Part shown: piece after piece, positions 52,629-64,000 of the stretch
Layout of the letters: each line of letters starts with the position of its first letter
Position numbering within the stretch: the stretch's first letter is position 1
From: Octopus vulgaris
Lineage: Eukaryota
Length of the DNA stretch: 64,000 nt
Direction of reading: 5' to 3'
Assembly: GCA_951406725.2 (NCBI GenBank)
Contig: OX597814.1
Location: 117,180,001-117,244,000, forward strand
Notes under the pieces: generated by a model
Databases searched by the model: none
The model's input: only the letters and a program-made list of their open reading frames with translations
What the model was told of the DNA's origin: nothing
Made by a program: the position numbers and the translations under genes

Positions 52629-54210
52629 GCTGTCTTATCTTCAATGTCCCTATGAAATTGTCCATGCATTTTTTCCTTTATCCACCTGTTTTCGCTTTCG
52701 TTCATACACAAGGGCTTTTACAGTGCTTTATGTTTGCAATCTCCCATCAAGCCTAACCTTCTTAATAGCAATAATAGTGGTTCTGTATAATTTTTTACAT
52801 ACCATGCTATGTTGTTTTCTGCTGCTCTAATGCTGTGTTCGCATCCAGTCAGTCCACTTTCTCCCCTATAACTTGGCACATATAGTCTGTCAGTGTCAAT
52901 TTTTGGGTGGAGTATCAATAACTTCCTTTTCTTTCTGTCTAAATTGTTTAGTTAGTTTACTGTCCATGCGTTTACCCTTGCTCCATATCTAAGGAGTAAA
53001 ACTGCCCAGGTGTTGAGAGCTTTAATCTTACTCAGTCCGTTTAATTTCGACTTAAGTATCAGTCTCAGTCTGTGCAAGTACTCCACCTTGATTTTTTCTG
53101 TCATTTCTTTCTTCATTAATTTATCCATTTTCAATATCCCCAAGTACTTATAGTTCATCTCTTCTGTCTGCTTCATAACCTCCCCCGACAGTATCGCTAG
53201 CCCGTTTAGATATTTGATTTCTCTCTCTTCAAGACTAACACACCACACTTTTTCAGTTGAACTCCATTCTTATATCAGCACTGAAAGTATAAATCGTGTC
53301 AACGAAGGAACTGACTTGGGATTCTACCTTACCATAACGTTTGAGGGCATTCATGAATAACAAGTGGTTGAATAGATACCCAATGTTTACTTTCCTCAGA
53401 ATCAGTGTTAGTGGTATCATGAACATTATAAAAACAGTGGGGACAAGCAATCCCCTCGGAAGTTACATCATATGATTTGTATTGTACCTAAACTTCTTCC
53501 ATATGCTGTCACTTCCGTCCTCCGCTTTGCCATACTTTCTCCAAGCAATCGCTCAGCATTCGATGCAAACCAAATAGGTTAATATATACTATAATCCAAG
53601 AATGTGAGATAATATCGTATGCCTTACGATAATCGATCCATGACATGGCGAAGTTAGTTTTCCTCCTCTCGCAGTCTCTACGTACAGTTTTGTCTACTAG
53701 CAGTTGATCCTTGTTCCCTCTGAACTTACGCTTGCAACCCTTCTGCTCATGTAGCAAGAGTCCATTCTTGTCCAGATGTTCGTACATTAACTGCGACTAT
53801 TCCAGTCAATACTATCCACATAAATGGTAAGCAGGATATCGACTTGTAATTGTCTACCGTATTGCCTTTTTCGATGTATTTCAAGCACAGTACTGTTCAA
53901 CCCATTGTCATTAACTCTGGCGTTACTTGGTCGGCGTTTAACAAATTTATTCGTGTATGTCATTCACCAGACCTTTTGATCCAGTAGCCTTGAAATCCAT
54001 CTGGTCCCGGAGCCTTCCAGTTACCCATTTTTTGCTGATTTCCTACACTTCTCTAACTGACGTGACTAGTTCTGCCAGGTTTTGGAGAGATTACTGTTTT
54101 GTTTCAGTTCATGCAACCATTCAGCATCCTTCTTGTGCTCCTTGATTTGCTACAGATGTCACTCCAAAAACTTTGACTTTCAATCTTATCTGGCATCAAC
54201 TTTTCATATG
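52629..54210 (-). mobile_element. R4/Dong-like LINE fragment: pre-RT region, RT and thumb; decayed
   Basis: FWSDI, KAPGPDGFQGYWIK, HEQKGC..KDQLLVDK, MSWIDYRKAYD, NHLLFMNALK, YKYLG, LHPKIDTDRLYV, KMHGQF. Confidence 0.9.
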
Positions 54211-54215
54211 TACAC

Positions 54216-54247
<32 letters not shown>

Positions 54248-54262
54248 GTCATCATCATCATT

Positions 54263-54775
54263 GCATTTGCCCAGCTTCTAACATTGGAGATGTACTGCGG
54301 TGTCAGATGTTCACTGCCAATGAACTAAGTTAACACCTCTTATTTTTCGAGCACCTTCCGAAGTATTCGAGCGGTTCCAAGCAATGCTGGTTTCTGCAAG
54401 TGCTCCTCCCTTATTGTAGCCCCTATTTGTTCCATGTACTTGTCGAGAATTTTGCCCATTGTTTCCAGAGCTCCGAAAATTATTGGTAATACTGCTACTC
54501 TTTTCATCGACCACAACTGCTTGACTTCCCAAGCTAACCTGTCAAATCTCTCGACTTTTCTTTCTTCCTTATATTCATACCCTGTTGACAGTTGGGCATG
54601 CTATATCTACAATTCATCATAGCTTGCTTTCTTTCTCAATTAAGTTTGTCTGGGTTCCTATTCTCTATCTGATGGCCGCACTGAATCATAAAGTCCTATA
54701 GGATATTTCCATCAAAATTTTCGTCGATGCCTTCGGCTTTCTGGTCGTGCCAATTTTTTGCTCTGTCAAGTTAAT
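54263..54775 (-). mobile_element. R4/Dong-like LINE 3' end (RLE domain and 3' UTR) with (ATG)n tail at 54217-54262
   Basis: DFMIQC..NRNPD..IVDIACP..EVKQLW..VLPIIFGAL..LQKPALLGTARILRKVLE*, then a short UTR and TGA/ATG repeats. Confidence 0.85.
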
Positions 54776-54789
54776 CTCTTCAATGTTAT

Positions 54790-55075
54790 TACTATTATTC
54801 AGTGAGAGAGCGGTGCATACCATCAAAGTGACACTGGGTTAAAATATACGAAGCCCAGTATACCCATCATGACTACCCGTCTAATAAGGGTACACCACGC
54901 ACATGCATCACAACAATATGTGCGCGACATGGTGATCTCATATCAAGATAAACAACGCATGATCTTGCAGTTGGGGCCCAGTTAGCATTTTCCCCTGGTC
55001 AACTAGTCCATCTTGCTCAAAAGGTCCCTGAATAAGGATTGTTTATGTATGTGGAACGAACCAACCATTTTTCCC
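54790..55075 (-). mobile_element. Probable 3' UTR fragment of another (AAT)-tailed retroelement
   Basis: Minus strand ends ..CTCTCTCACTGAATAAT, matching the CTG(AAT) terminus of the Dong copy at 32867; GC-richer than flanks. Confidence 0.4.
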
Positions 55076-56269
55076 CTATCACTAATGATAATTCTACCGT
55101 GAAAAGACATTACCTTCTTTTCAAGAAAACTTATCTGGAACTATATAATTCTGTATACCCTTCACTCTTGCAGGGTCTTTTTATTTGTATCGTATCGAAC
55201 TACCATTTACATGAGCCTGTATTCATTCACTATCCACTGTCTTATATAAGTTGCTAATAAAATAGTTTGTTTCAGATACGAATTAAGTGATAATAGCGTT
55301 GTAATGAATAAACCAATAGGCATCATTGTTTCTGTGTAATCGCTGTAGAATACGTTTATAAATAGCAAAGAATACATAGAAAATAATTAGAGAGAAGCAA
55401 TACAGAAATAGCGATGGCAAATGGCAACACGCTTGTGACATTCGTTACATCTGGAAATTTTGAAGCCTTACAATGCTTGGGGATGTGTAGGTTGTGCACG
55501 TAGAAATGAATGAAGGAAAGACAACAGTGATTTAGTTATCCGCTGAGGTGTATATGACATTTGAATTTATATTCTGGATACACTATCATCGAAAAGAAAA
55601 GAAATTTGGCAAATCGATAGGTTAAGCGAATCCAAATGCATGGATTTCAGCATTTTGACACGGACATCATTAACGATTCAATATCAATTTTTACTGCAAG
55701 TGAAGTGGAAAATGTACAGCGTATATATTTATGAAGATTTATTTATATGAAAATTAATACATTTAACCAGTTAAGCGCATTAATTTTGATATGGATAAAA
55801 CTTCATATATACTCTAAGTAGATTTTCGAATTCATTTATTCCTTCCATACTGCTTTGGAATGGATTAGTAGCGATTTATATATATGTAAAATAATAAAAC
55901 AATGTAATATCATACACATTGCAATGCCATATGACAATCGAGTGGATACTGGAGAAATCATGAGAATTAAGAAACATCAGGACGTAGTCATGCGATTAAA
56001 TGATGGTTGCAGACAATGGTGACTGTGGCGATTAGTACACTTGGCACAATATTCAGTACGCTGTCTAAGAGGCTGAACGGTGTTGGAATTGAGGACGGTA
56101 TTGGGGATATGCAGAAAAGTGCAATCTAGCATTCTGTAAGAACCTATAAGAAAGGTTCAAAGGATCTATAGAAACTTGTCACCAGTCTCTATACGACATC
56201 CCTCCCAATTAAAGTACACTATAATAGCTTTATAACAATAGCAGCAACAATTATAGATTCAAATTTTGT

Positions 56270-56966
56270 TACAGGTTCAACAGTTTTTCAGTATAGGGAA
56301 AAGTCAATTACATCCAGCCATCTGCTTGACTGCTACTTATTTTATCGACCCCAGAAAGGATGAAAAGCCAAGAGGACGTGTGCAGAATTTGAGCTCTGAA
56401 TGTATAGATAAATCAAATGCCGCAAGGCATGTTATCCAGCGTGCTAAGATTTTTATTTCTTTACTGCCCACACGGGGCTACACACAGAGGGGACAAAGAA
56501 CGAGAGACAACCGGATTAAGTCGATTATAACGACCCCTGCGTGTAACTGGTTCTTATTTAATCGACCCCGAAAAGATGAGAGACAAAGTCGACCTCGGCG
56601 GAATTTGAACTCATAACGTAACGGCAGAGGAAATACCTATTTCTTTACTACCCACAAGGGGCTAAACACAGAGAGGACAAACAAGGACAGACAAACGGAT
56701 TAAGTCGATTATATCGACCCCAGTGCGTAACTGATACTTATTTAATCGACCCCGAAAGAATGAAAGACAAAGTCGACCTCGGCGGAATTTGGACTCAGAA
56801 CGTAGCGGCAGACGAAATACCGCTGAGCATTTCGCCCGGAGTGCTAAAGTTTCTTATTTCTTTACTGCCCACGGGGGGCCAAGCATAGAGGGGACAAACA
56901 AGGGCAGACAAAGGACAGACAAAGGCATTTTGCCCGGCGTGCTTTGATCCTGCCAACTCGCCGCCT
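56270..56966 (-). mobile_element. Multimeric SINE family A array
   Basis: Repeated reverse-complement cores AAAGTCGACCTCGGCGGAATTTG and tails TTTCTTTACTRCCCAC..GGGGC; head ends CTCGCCGCC at ~56965. Confidence 0.88.
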
Positions 56967-59529
56967 TAATATCAAGAATAATAATTATGTTAATTATATA
57001 AAAAAACAAACTGTACGTTGGTGTTATATGAAATTTCAGCTCCATCAGCTACCAGTCGTACACATGACTTACTTTTACTGCTACTAACCTATTTTTTATT
57101 GATTATAAGAAGACTCAGACAATGAATTATGACTGACATATGTTTGTGCGCTACAATTCAGAACAAACTCCATTATGTATAGAAATGTATTCTTCTTTTG
57201 ATTTAGATAGATCTGAATATTGTTGATAGTGTTACTTGTTAGAACGTACGAAACAACGCAAATATACAAAATTGATCTTTTCATTTTCATTTAATGTAAT
57301 CTCCTACTTTGTGCATAATTGTTCTTTGATTCGCCTAGATTCAAACAACATTGGCTTGGTATCATATTTTGCACGGATTTTCGTTTTAGATAAGACCGTG
57401 TCATAAGATAAATTGACTGTTTTGAAAACTGACTTTCACATCCTTTCAGAACTACTCTAAAATGCTGCACCAATAGATAACATCAACAAAATATGAAAGA
57501 ACCCCACCCCATTAAATATTTTTGGACATTCTTCGTGACATTAATGGCTTTCTATTGTCAAAAGAAAAATTGTCTTCCTAAAGCCACTGCTTAAATGTTG
57601 CCAAAACTCAAGCGATATCTCTACAGAATATTTCAGACAATGTAAACATTTATTGAAAGAAATCTTTGGAGAATATAAACTGCCAATCACGAAATATAAT
57701 AGCCGACAATGAATATTTGTGTAACTGTTTTCTGTTGGATAAGATTCAATAGACTCTTTTAATGTAGACTTGTAGGTAAGTTGCAAGTTTTGAAACAAGA
57801 TTTGCTTAAAGAGCAAAATTCAGAACGATTTCTAAATACATTTTAGGTATATATATATTCACATATCCTTCCTCTGCTTTCCATAATGCTGTCAATTATC
57901 ATTTATTTTTGTACATCAGTTCATATCATCACCAGAGATGGAAGGAAGTCTTATGAAGATTTTCAATATTTCTGTTTTTACAGGGATATATTGGAACTTT
58001 ATAAAAGCAAGTGACATAGCGTTGACTCACGAAATTATTTGATCAGTGAAACCCGAACAAACAAGGATTTTACTTACAATAATTCAATGAGGCCTATAAC
58101 AAGTACTTTTTGCATAGAATCTTCAGCTATTGTTTTCGCTTCCATTGTCACCTCTGGACTGTTTTGCACAAGCCAACGTCCCAACTCGTTTTAAAGTCAG
58201 TATCCCACACATCTTGATGTCAGAGTCGACGAGTGTCTAAAAGCCTCACCAATCAAAGGCTAGACATAGAACTGTTAGAAATAGCATCAAAGTCCCCTTG
58301 AAACAACACATTGCTCTCTTGGAAAAGAAATGAATTAATTTGTTTATGAAAACCGACTTCACACAAAAACGATTTGACGGTCATGGTTGCAATGCATTTC
58401 TTCATGCTTATTCAGGGCTAACGAAATGCCTCAAATAATTCATGTTGCAGTCGTTGGATGCATTTGTATATATCACTACATAACAATATGTGTCGATGTG
58501 AGATTTGATCCCAAGCTGATCTGATGTGCCGTAATCCTGATTGCAGACAGTCTCACAACGCGATGTCACAGTCTCACAACGCGATGTATAACATCATTTA
58601 GATAACGAAGACAACGGTTTACTATGAATTTTAGGGACTCAAGAGTCATTCAGTATCTACTAGCACTTTTATCCGCACAACCAGATTCTCTTGCGCCATT
58701 AAGTAGTGAACCCCACCCCACATCAGAGAATAACGGTAAATAGAAGCTTTTGGCCAAGACATCTTTAAATAATTCGTCCGTATCTGGCATGTAAATTTTG
58801 TACTGACACATCCGTTTATACATATCTTGATTCTTACAACACTAGCTTAATGTTCGATCAGATTATCTGGTTAAGTGATGATGGTTCTACTTATAATCCC
58901 TTTTCAATCCATTCTAATGTAACCCAAGGTCATATTCGCTTCCACGTCTGTACGTCAGATACCTATTCGGCGTTATGGCCAGCAATGGCGACTCTTATGC
59001 AAATGGTACGACATGTTATTCTTCCTTACACTTCGTCAAACATGCACCATTCACAAGCGATGTATAGACCATACGAAAAACCTGCATTAATAGCACGCCA
59101 AAGAGAAATCCTGCCAATATTTTCAATTTTAGCGGTAAACATCCTGAAGGACTGCTGATACCAAGAACGTAGTTTCACCGTGAAGTGATAATATTAGTAA
59201 CGACACTGAGCTAGAGCCCTCACGGTCCCAATAAATACAACTCCCTACAGTATCCGATCATCTCATCTGGCATAACATAATCTGGAACAGTATAACCTTA
59301 ACTGTCCCTTCCACCTCCAATTAGAATATGATTTAATAATATGATTACTGATACAAAATGGAGATGCTCAAAATATTTCTCCCGCATTTGAGTAAGTACT
59401 GCGGCAAAATACAAGCACACATGCACACACACACACACGCACACGCACACACACACACACACGTACACACACACACGCAAAAACACACACAAACGCATAC
59501 AACCTCACATATCCAAGGCCGCATGCAGA

Positions 59530-59800
59530 AAGGGTTAATCGACAGATTGGTTCTCAGTATGTCACAGTGGCATTTAAACCTCCATTCTACACATGTTTTC
59601 TTGCTACTCGGAGCTAACTAGTCATATCCTCATTGGCCTTTTGTACCCCTCGGTGTATCCAACTCCCCTGACTCTATATAACTACTCTGTTGAGTGCCTC
59701 CTCCGCAAAACAACGGTTTTCTGAAATCTTGTCTCTGCTGCTGTCATTCCACGAGATGTTGACTTGCAAACATTTAAACGTAATATTAATAGAATCAGTA
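59530..59800 (+). mobile_element. Very decayed CR1/Jockey-group LINE 3' coding end
   Basis: FYTCF..YSELTSHIL and RKTTVF*NLVSAAVIPRDVDLQTFKRNINR resemble the FY..SEL..PRT..WN.LP..LQ.FK..N terminus. Confidence 0.4.
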
Positions 59801-60559
59801 TCGCCAGCCCCCAAAAGATTACAAAAGGCATGGAATTTCCCCTTTCTGCAGGTACAACGAGTTTAGGGCCTGGTTCTTTTTCTATCAAATAAAAACTCAT
59901 ATTCTATATATGACATCAAAACAAAAAGCACCCCTTTCGTTCAACAATTACACATCAGTTGTATCCAATGTAACTTCTGTAAAGACAGACAGCAAAACGT
60001 TTTTTATTCCGTTTTCTAGATGTAAGGGAGGGGTGATATTTATGCTTTCATAAGACTTACGTATGTTTAGTTTTCACGTTCAGTATCTCATATTTACAAA
60101 TTTCCATGGTTAAAGCAAAATACATCCGAATCATCAAAATCTCTACAATGAGTGGAAAATATTTAATATCTATTATAGATATATTGCATTCTTTGTGATA
60201 ATAAGATCTCACATTTTCTAGGGGTGATAGTTTGTTAACGTTAATCACAAAGGATACATCATATCAATGACACTTCACGTATTATAACCAAAAGTTGATC
60301 TGTAAACAGAGATGTTATGTGCTAGTTGGGCTTGCTAGCTAAACTTTCCAGTAACTATTCCCAGCTAGCTTAAAACAAATAAAAACAAAAATAAATTACC
60401 CAGTATACGTTACATCCGATAATATATGATTTCTTATTATTATTCTCATAAAAGAAATAACGCTCATCTTGCATAATTATATCGGTATTAAGAAGGGGTT
60501 TCACAACAATATAACACAAGCATTAAAACTTATGAATATCATCAATAATGTTAGTCCTA

Positions 60560-60800
60560 AGGCAGCGAGCTGGCAGAAACGTTAGCGCGTCGGGCGAAAT
60601 GCTTAGCATGAGAATACATGCATGAGAATACATATATAAAACAAAGCATACAAATTTGCACATATACATACAAAGAAACAAATTTACCCTGTTGCTGATG
60701 TTGAAATTCGAATGAAAGGGCATTGAATCTAGGTTAGAAACTGGCTATTTCTTATTGGCAAGAATTGTTGAAATAAAACTGAATAATGACATACATACGT
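60560..60800 (+). repeat. SINE A head (60560-60607) fused to a repeat family D copy
   Basis: GGCAGCGAGCTGGCAGAAACGTTAGC..AAATGCTTAGC joins GCATGAGAATAC.., which matches 5579-5772. Confidence 0.75.
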
Positions 60801-60856
60801 AGATACATTCATTAATACATTCATACATACACACATACACAGATAACATACATATA

Positions 60857-60921
<65 letters not shown>

Positions 60922-60924
60922 TGT

Positions 60925-61583
60925 GAAAAATTACTTTACTTTCAGAAATAGCAGCCAAAATTTGGCTATTTCTTCAATGCAAATAAAAGTCTCCAGACAA
61001 TGCATACTCAGAAAATAACTCACATAGGTATAAGGGAAAACAATGAAAGATCGTCCATATACGATACCCGAGGACAGTCTGTTTCTGGATTTGTGGGTAA
61101 ACGCCACTTTTCCTTCATCATCAGAGATTTCTTCTGATTTAGATTTGAAAATACTAAGAATTTGACAAACCATCCAGAACCCAGTACAAGCGAATCCAAA
61201 ATATATATTATTCTCCCTGTCACCACGTGAGTCATAGAGCATTACATTTCTACAGAGGTAAAAACTGCAGTTCAAATTTTGGAGATAAAGCATTATATTG
61301 TCATCAAAAGGGTAGAATTAATTAATTGTTAATAAATTCGACCAAGCATATTCGGTATGTAAAGACCATTTACGGTATATTTGAAGTATTAATTTATAAA
61401 ATATGGTAAATAAAAAATTACTTTACCACACACCGAATCAGAAATAGCAGCCAAAATTTGGCTATTTCTTATGCAAATAAAAGTCTCCAGACAATGCATA
61501 CTCAGAAAATAACTATAGGTATAAGGGAAAAACAATGAAAGATACGTCCATATACGATATGGATAAAACGCCACTTTTCCTTA
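60925..61583 (-). repeat. About 490-bp unit in 1.35 tandem copies with a hammerhead-like core at 61073-61124
   Basis: AAAAATTACTTTAC..TCAGAAATAGCAGCCAAAATTTGGCTATTTCTT recurs at 60925 and 61413; minus strand has CTGATGA..GAAAC-AGACT-GTC. Confidence 0.8.
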
Positions 61584-61678
61584 TAGCTATATGATTTAGA
61601 TTTATATATATATCCGATATCTGTAACATATATATACTTATATGTATATACGAATACTGCTTGTATATATATATGATG

Positions 61679-61723
<45 letters not shown>

Positions 61724-61776
61724 GGCACCTACAGTTTCCATCTATAACACTCACTAAATAAACATTGGTCGTCTGG

Positions 61777-61835
61777 GGCCATTTTATTACACACTTGTCC
61801 AAAGTGCCCTGCAGTGGGACTGAAACCGAACGAAC
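61777..61835 (-). mobile_element. SINE family B-like head fragment
   Basis: Minus strand GGTTTCAGTCCCACTGCAGGGCACTTTGGACAAGTG. Confidence 0.55.
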
Positions 61836-62390
61836 GAGCTTGCAACACAAGCAGCTGAACACAAAGAAATGCTTAGGCCTGCACAACTGTGCCTATGTTT
61901 TGTTTAGAGTTTTCTCATTTGAAGGTGATAATATGTAATGGATCAAAAGTATATCAATATGTTAAAATTATTTATTTATACGACTCTGAAGAGGTTAATG
62001 GAAATAGATATCTTCACTCAGAGCCACTTCAAACAGAGAATTCTTGCAGTGGATGATTAGCATTTCCATTATGATGAAGAACAATTTGAAATAGCATATC
62101 ATACTTAGAAATTTCGATGTGGGTTAAAACGTGCTGTAGAATAAATAAACAATAACAGTGTCATGAGGGGAAACTCTCGATATACATTGATTCGTCGACA
62201 TGAATTCGGAACACATAAATGATTAAAACGTTGGTACTAAACATTAGTAAGACCATTAGAAGGTAGAGTTGCTATGGATCGCTTGACGCATCAGAACAAA
62301 TGTGAAACAAATCTGAACGCTGGTTTCCAATGTGGTTAATGGTTTCGCTATCGGATTCGATCTCACTTCACGCGACGTTTAAATGTATTT

Positions 62391-62622
62391 ATTTCTTTAC
62401 TACCCACAAGGGGCTAAACACAGAGAGGACAAACAAGGACAGACAAACGGATTAAGTCGATTATATCGACTCCAGTGCGTAACTGGTACTTATTTAATCG
62501 ACCCAGAAAGGATGAAAGGTAAAGTCGACCTCGGCGGAATTTGAACTCAGAAAGCAGCGGCAGACAAAATACCGCTAAGCATTTTGCCCGGCGTGCTAAC
62601 GTTACTGCCAGCTCACCGCCTT
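62391..62622 (-). mobile_element. SINE family A, full-length monomer with 18-bp TSD
   Basis: Complete head to tail; TSD CGA(C/T)GTTTAAATGTATTT at 62373-62390 and 62623-62640. Confidence 0.92.
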
Positions 62623-63768
62623 CGATGTTTAAATGTATTTTCTCTTCGAGCACCAGCTCTACCTAATCCTTGAGACAAGTATAACTGAAGTAAATATTCT
62701 TCTTATTCCTGTTCGGAGATAGAGTTAATCTCACATGCCATCGTCGTGGTTCATTTTCTCACAAATATTTAGTTTATATCAATCCTTTAACTATTTATTT
62801 CTGCTCTTCATTCATGTATCTTGAAAGCTTTTAAAAGGCTGATGTACGTTGCTTTTCCTTGTCTAATCATCATAAAAACGAAGGAAATTAATCGGATTTT
62901 TGTTGGTCACAAGAACGTTCATTTAGTTGTTACCCCCACTTGAATTCTCCTCTCGTTAAATTCATTTCTGAGTGGCAGGCATTCGAAAGATCCGCGTATC
63001 TTCATTGTAATTTTCAAAGCTAGCGTTATACTGGGCACAATACATATGAAGCGGAGCTTTCTAACGGCTACTGTTTACGCAATTTCACTGTAAAGAATTA
63101 GTTAAACAAATTTAGTGCTAGAAAGCTTTTGCCCAAGACGCCACCGATATAACATTTTAGGATCAAACAACTGATTAATCCGAAGCCTGTTTCTTAGCTT
63201 TTTAGCTAATCTTCGGCAGACTACGCGCACAAAATTGAAATGAGATAACTAGAGAGCTCACCTGCATAAAAGCAAAAGAGAGAGTAACACATTCTCACTG
63301 ACAAACGTGGACGACCTTATACAAATTCTCTTGTAGCATGTCCCTGAAGCGTGTAATGTAGCGCTTGATATAAAATACAGATATTCCTATTTCATTATTG
63401 TGATTTTATTTGTCCTTGGCAAATGAACATATATCAACATCATGACATCTCATACAGGAATTTATTGAATTAACTGGTGTCTTCAGTCATCGATTGGAGT
63501 GGTATAAAATTATAAGATGTTTGTCAAGACTGATGTGGACGCCATTAAACAATCACGCTATATTATTTCATTTTCTTCAGAAGTTATAACTGAATTGAAC
63601 TTAAATAATCAGATAACTTTATTTGTGCGAATCCCCAAAGATTATCCCATACTTATCAAATATTGTATTTAACAGGAAAAAGTAAATAACCAAACACACT
63701 TGAGTATATGAGAGCGACTACACTATACTATAAAATAAGGTAACATAATATGATATAACATAATATAA

Positions 63769-64000
63769 CTAGCAGTATCACCCGGCATTGCTCGGGTTTG
63801 TTTCGATCCTTTCGAATTGAAATTCTTGAAAAGTAAAAATTGTGCGTTATATAGCTTGTTATTCTCTTTAAGTGAACATTTTCCTGGTTGAAATACACCA
63901 ACAAATGGCGGCACAGCAGTCAAAAACTCGTAAAAAATAGAGATTTTCATAGAAAAAAAGCACCTTTTTGATGTAAATGATTTTTGGTGTTAGCTTGGTC
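63769..64000 (-). mobile_element. Helitron 3' end (runs off the window)
   Basis: Minus strand ends CCCGAGCAATGCCGGG (hairpin)-TGATACTG-CTAG followed by T, the canonical Helitron 3' terminus. Confidence 0.8.

Noticed and set aside
57060-57830. Coding-like minus-strand stretch with several 60-90 aa ORFs
   Set aside because: Multiple stops in all frames and no recognisable motif
58850-59158. 102-aa non-repetitive ORF
   Set aside because: No recognisable domain, splice context or codon signal; the length is compatible with chance

Overview
This is AT-rich, microsatellite-dense eukaryotic (animal) DNA with no intact host protein-coding gene, rRNA or tRNA that I can support. It reads as a repeat-rich intergenic or intronic region. 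The SINE families resemble octopus/coleoid cephalopod repeats; that is recalled, not searched. Nearly all listed ORFs are microsatellite artefacts or decayed transposon fragments. Retroelements: (i) several R4/Dong-clade RLE LINEs with (AAT)n or (ATG)n tails (1-2035, 30518-32867, 42252-42322, stack at 51260-54775); (ii) a 5'-truncated Naiad-type Penelope-like element (28835-34610) with RT, Cys-rich linker, GIY-YIG and a 3' minimal hammerhead ribozyme, split by a Dong insertion in its Asn-coding (AAT)n tract; (iii) a second, Poseidon-type GIY-YIG remnant; (iv) CR1-like 3' ends; (v) at least three tRNA-derived SINE families. DNA and rolling-circle elements: mariner, Tc1, MULE, Helitron and Helentron/HINE remnants. 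The most interesting signal is a set of non-coding tandem or inverted repeat units with hammerhead-like cores embedded in (TA)n tracts (336-bp unit at 38263-39157; ~490-bp unit at 60925-61583). They look like decayed retrozymes or PLE-mobilised ribozyme elements. All family assignments come from motif recognition by eye, and boundaries are approximate.
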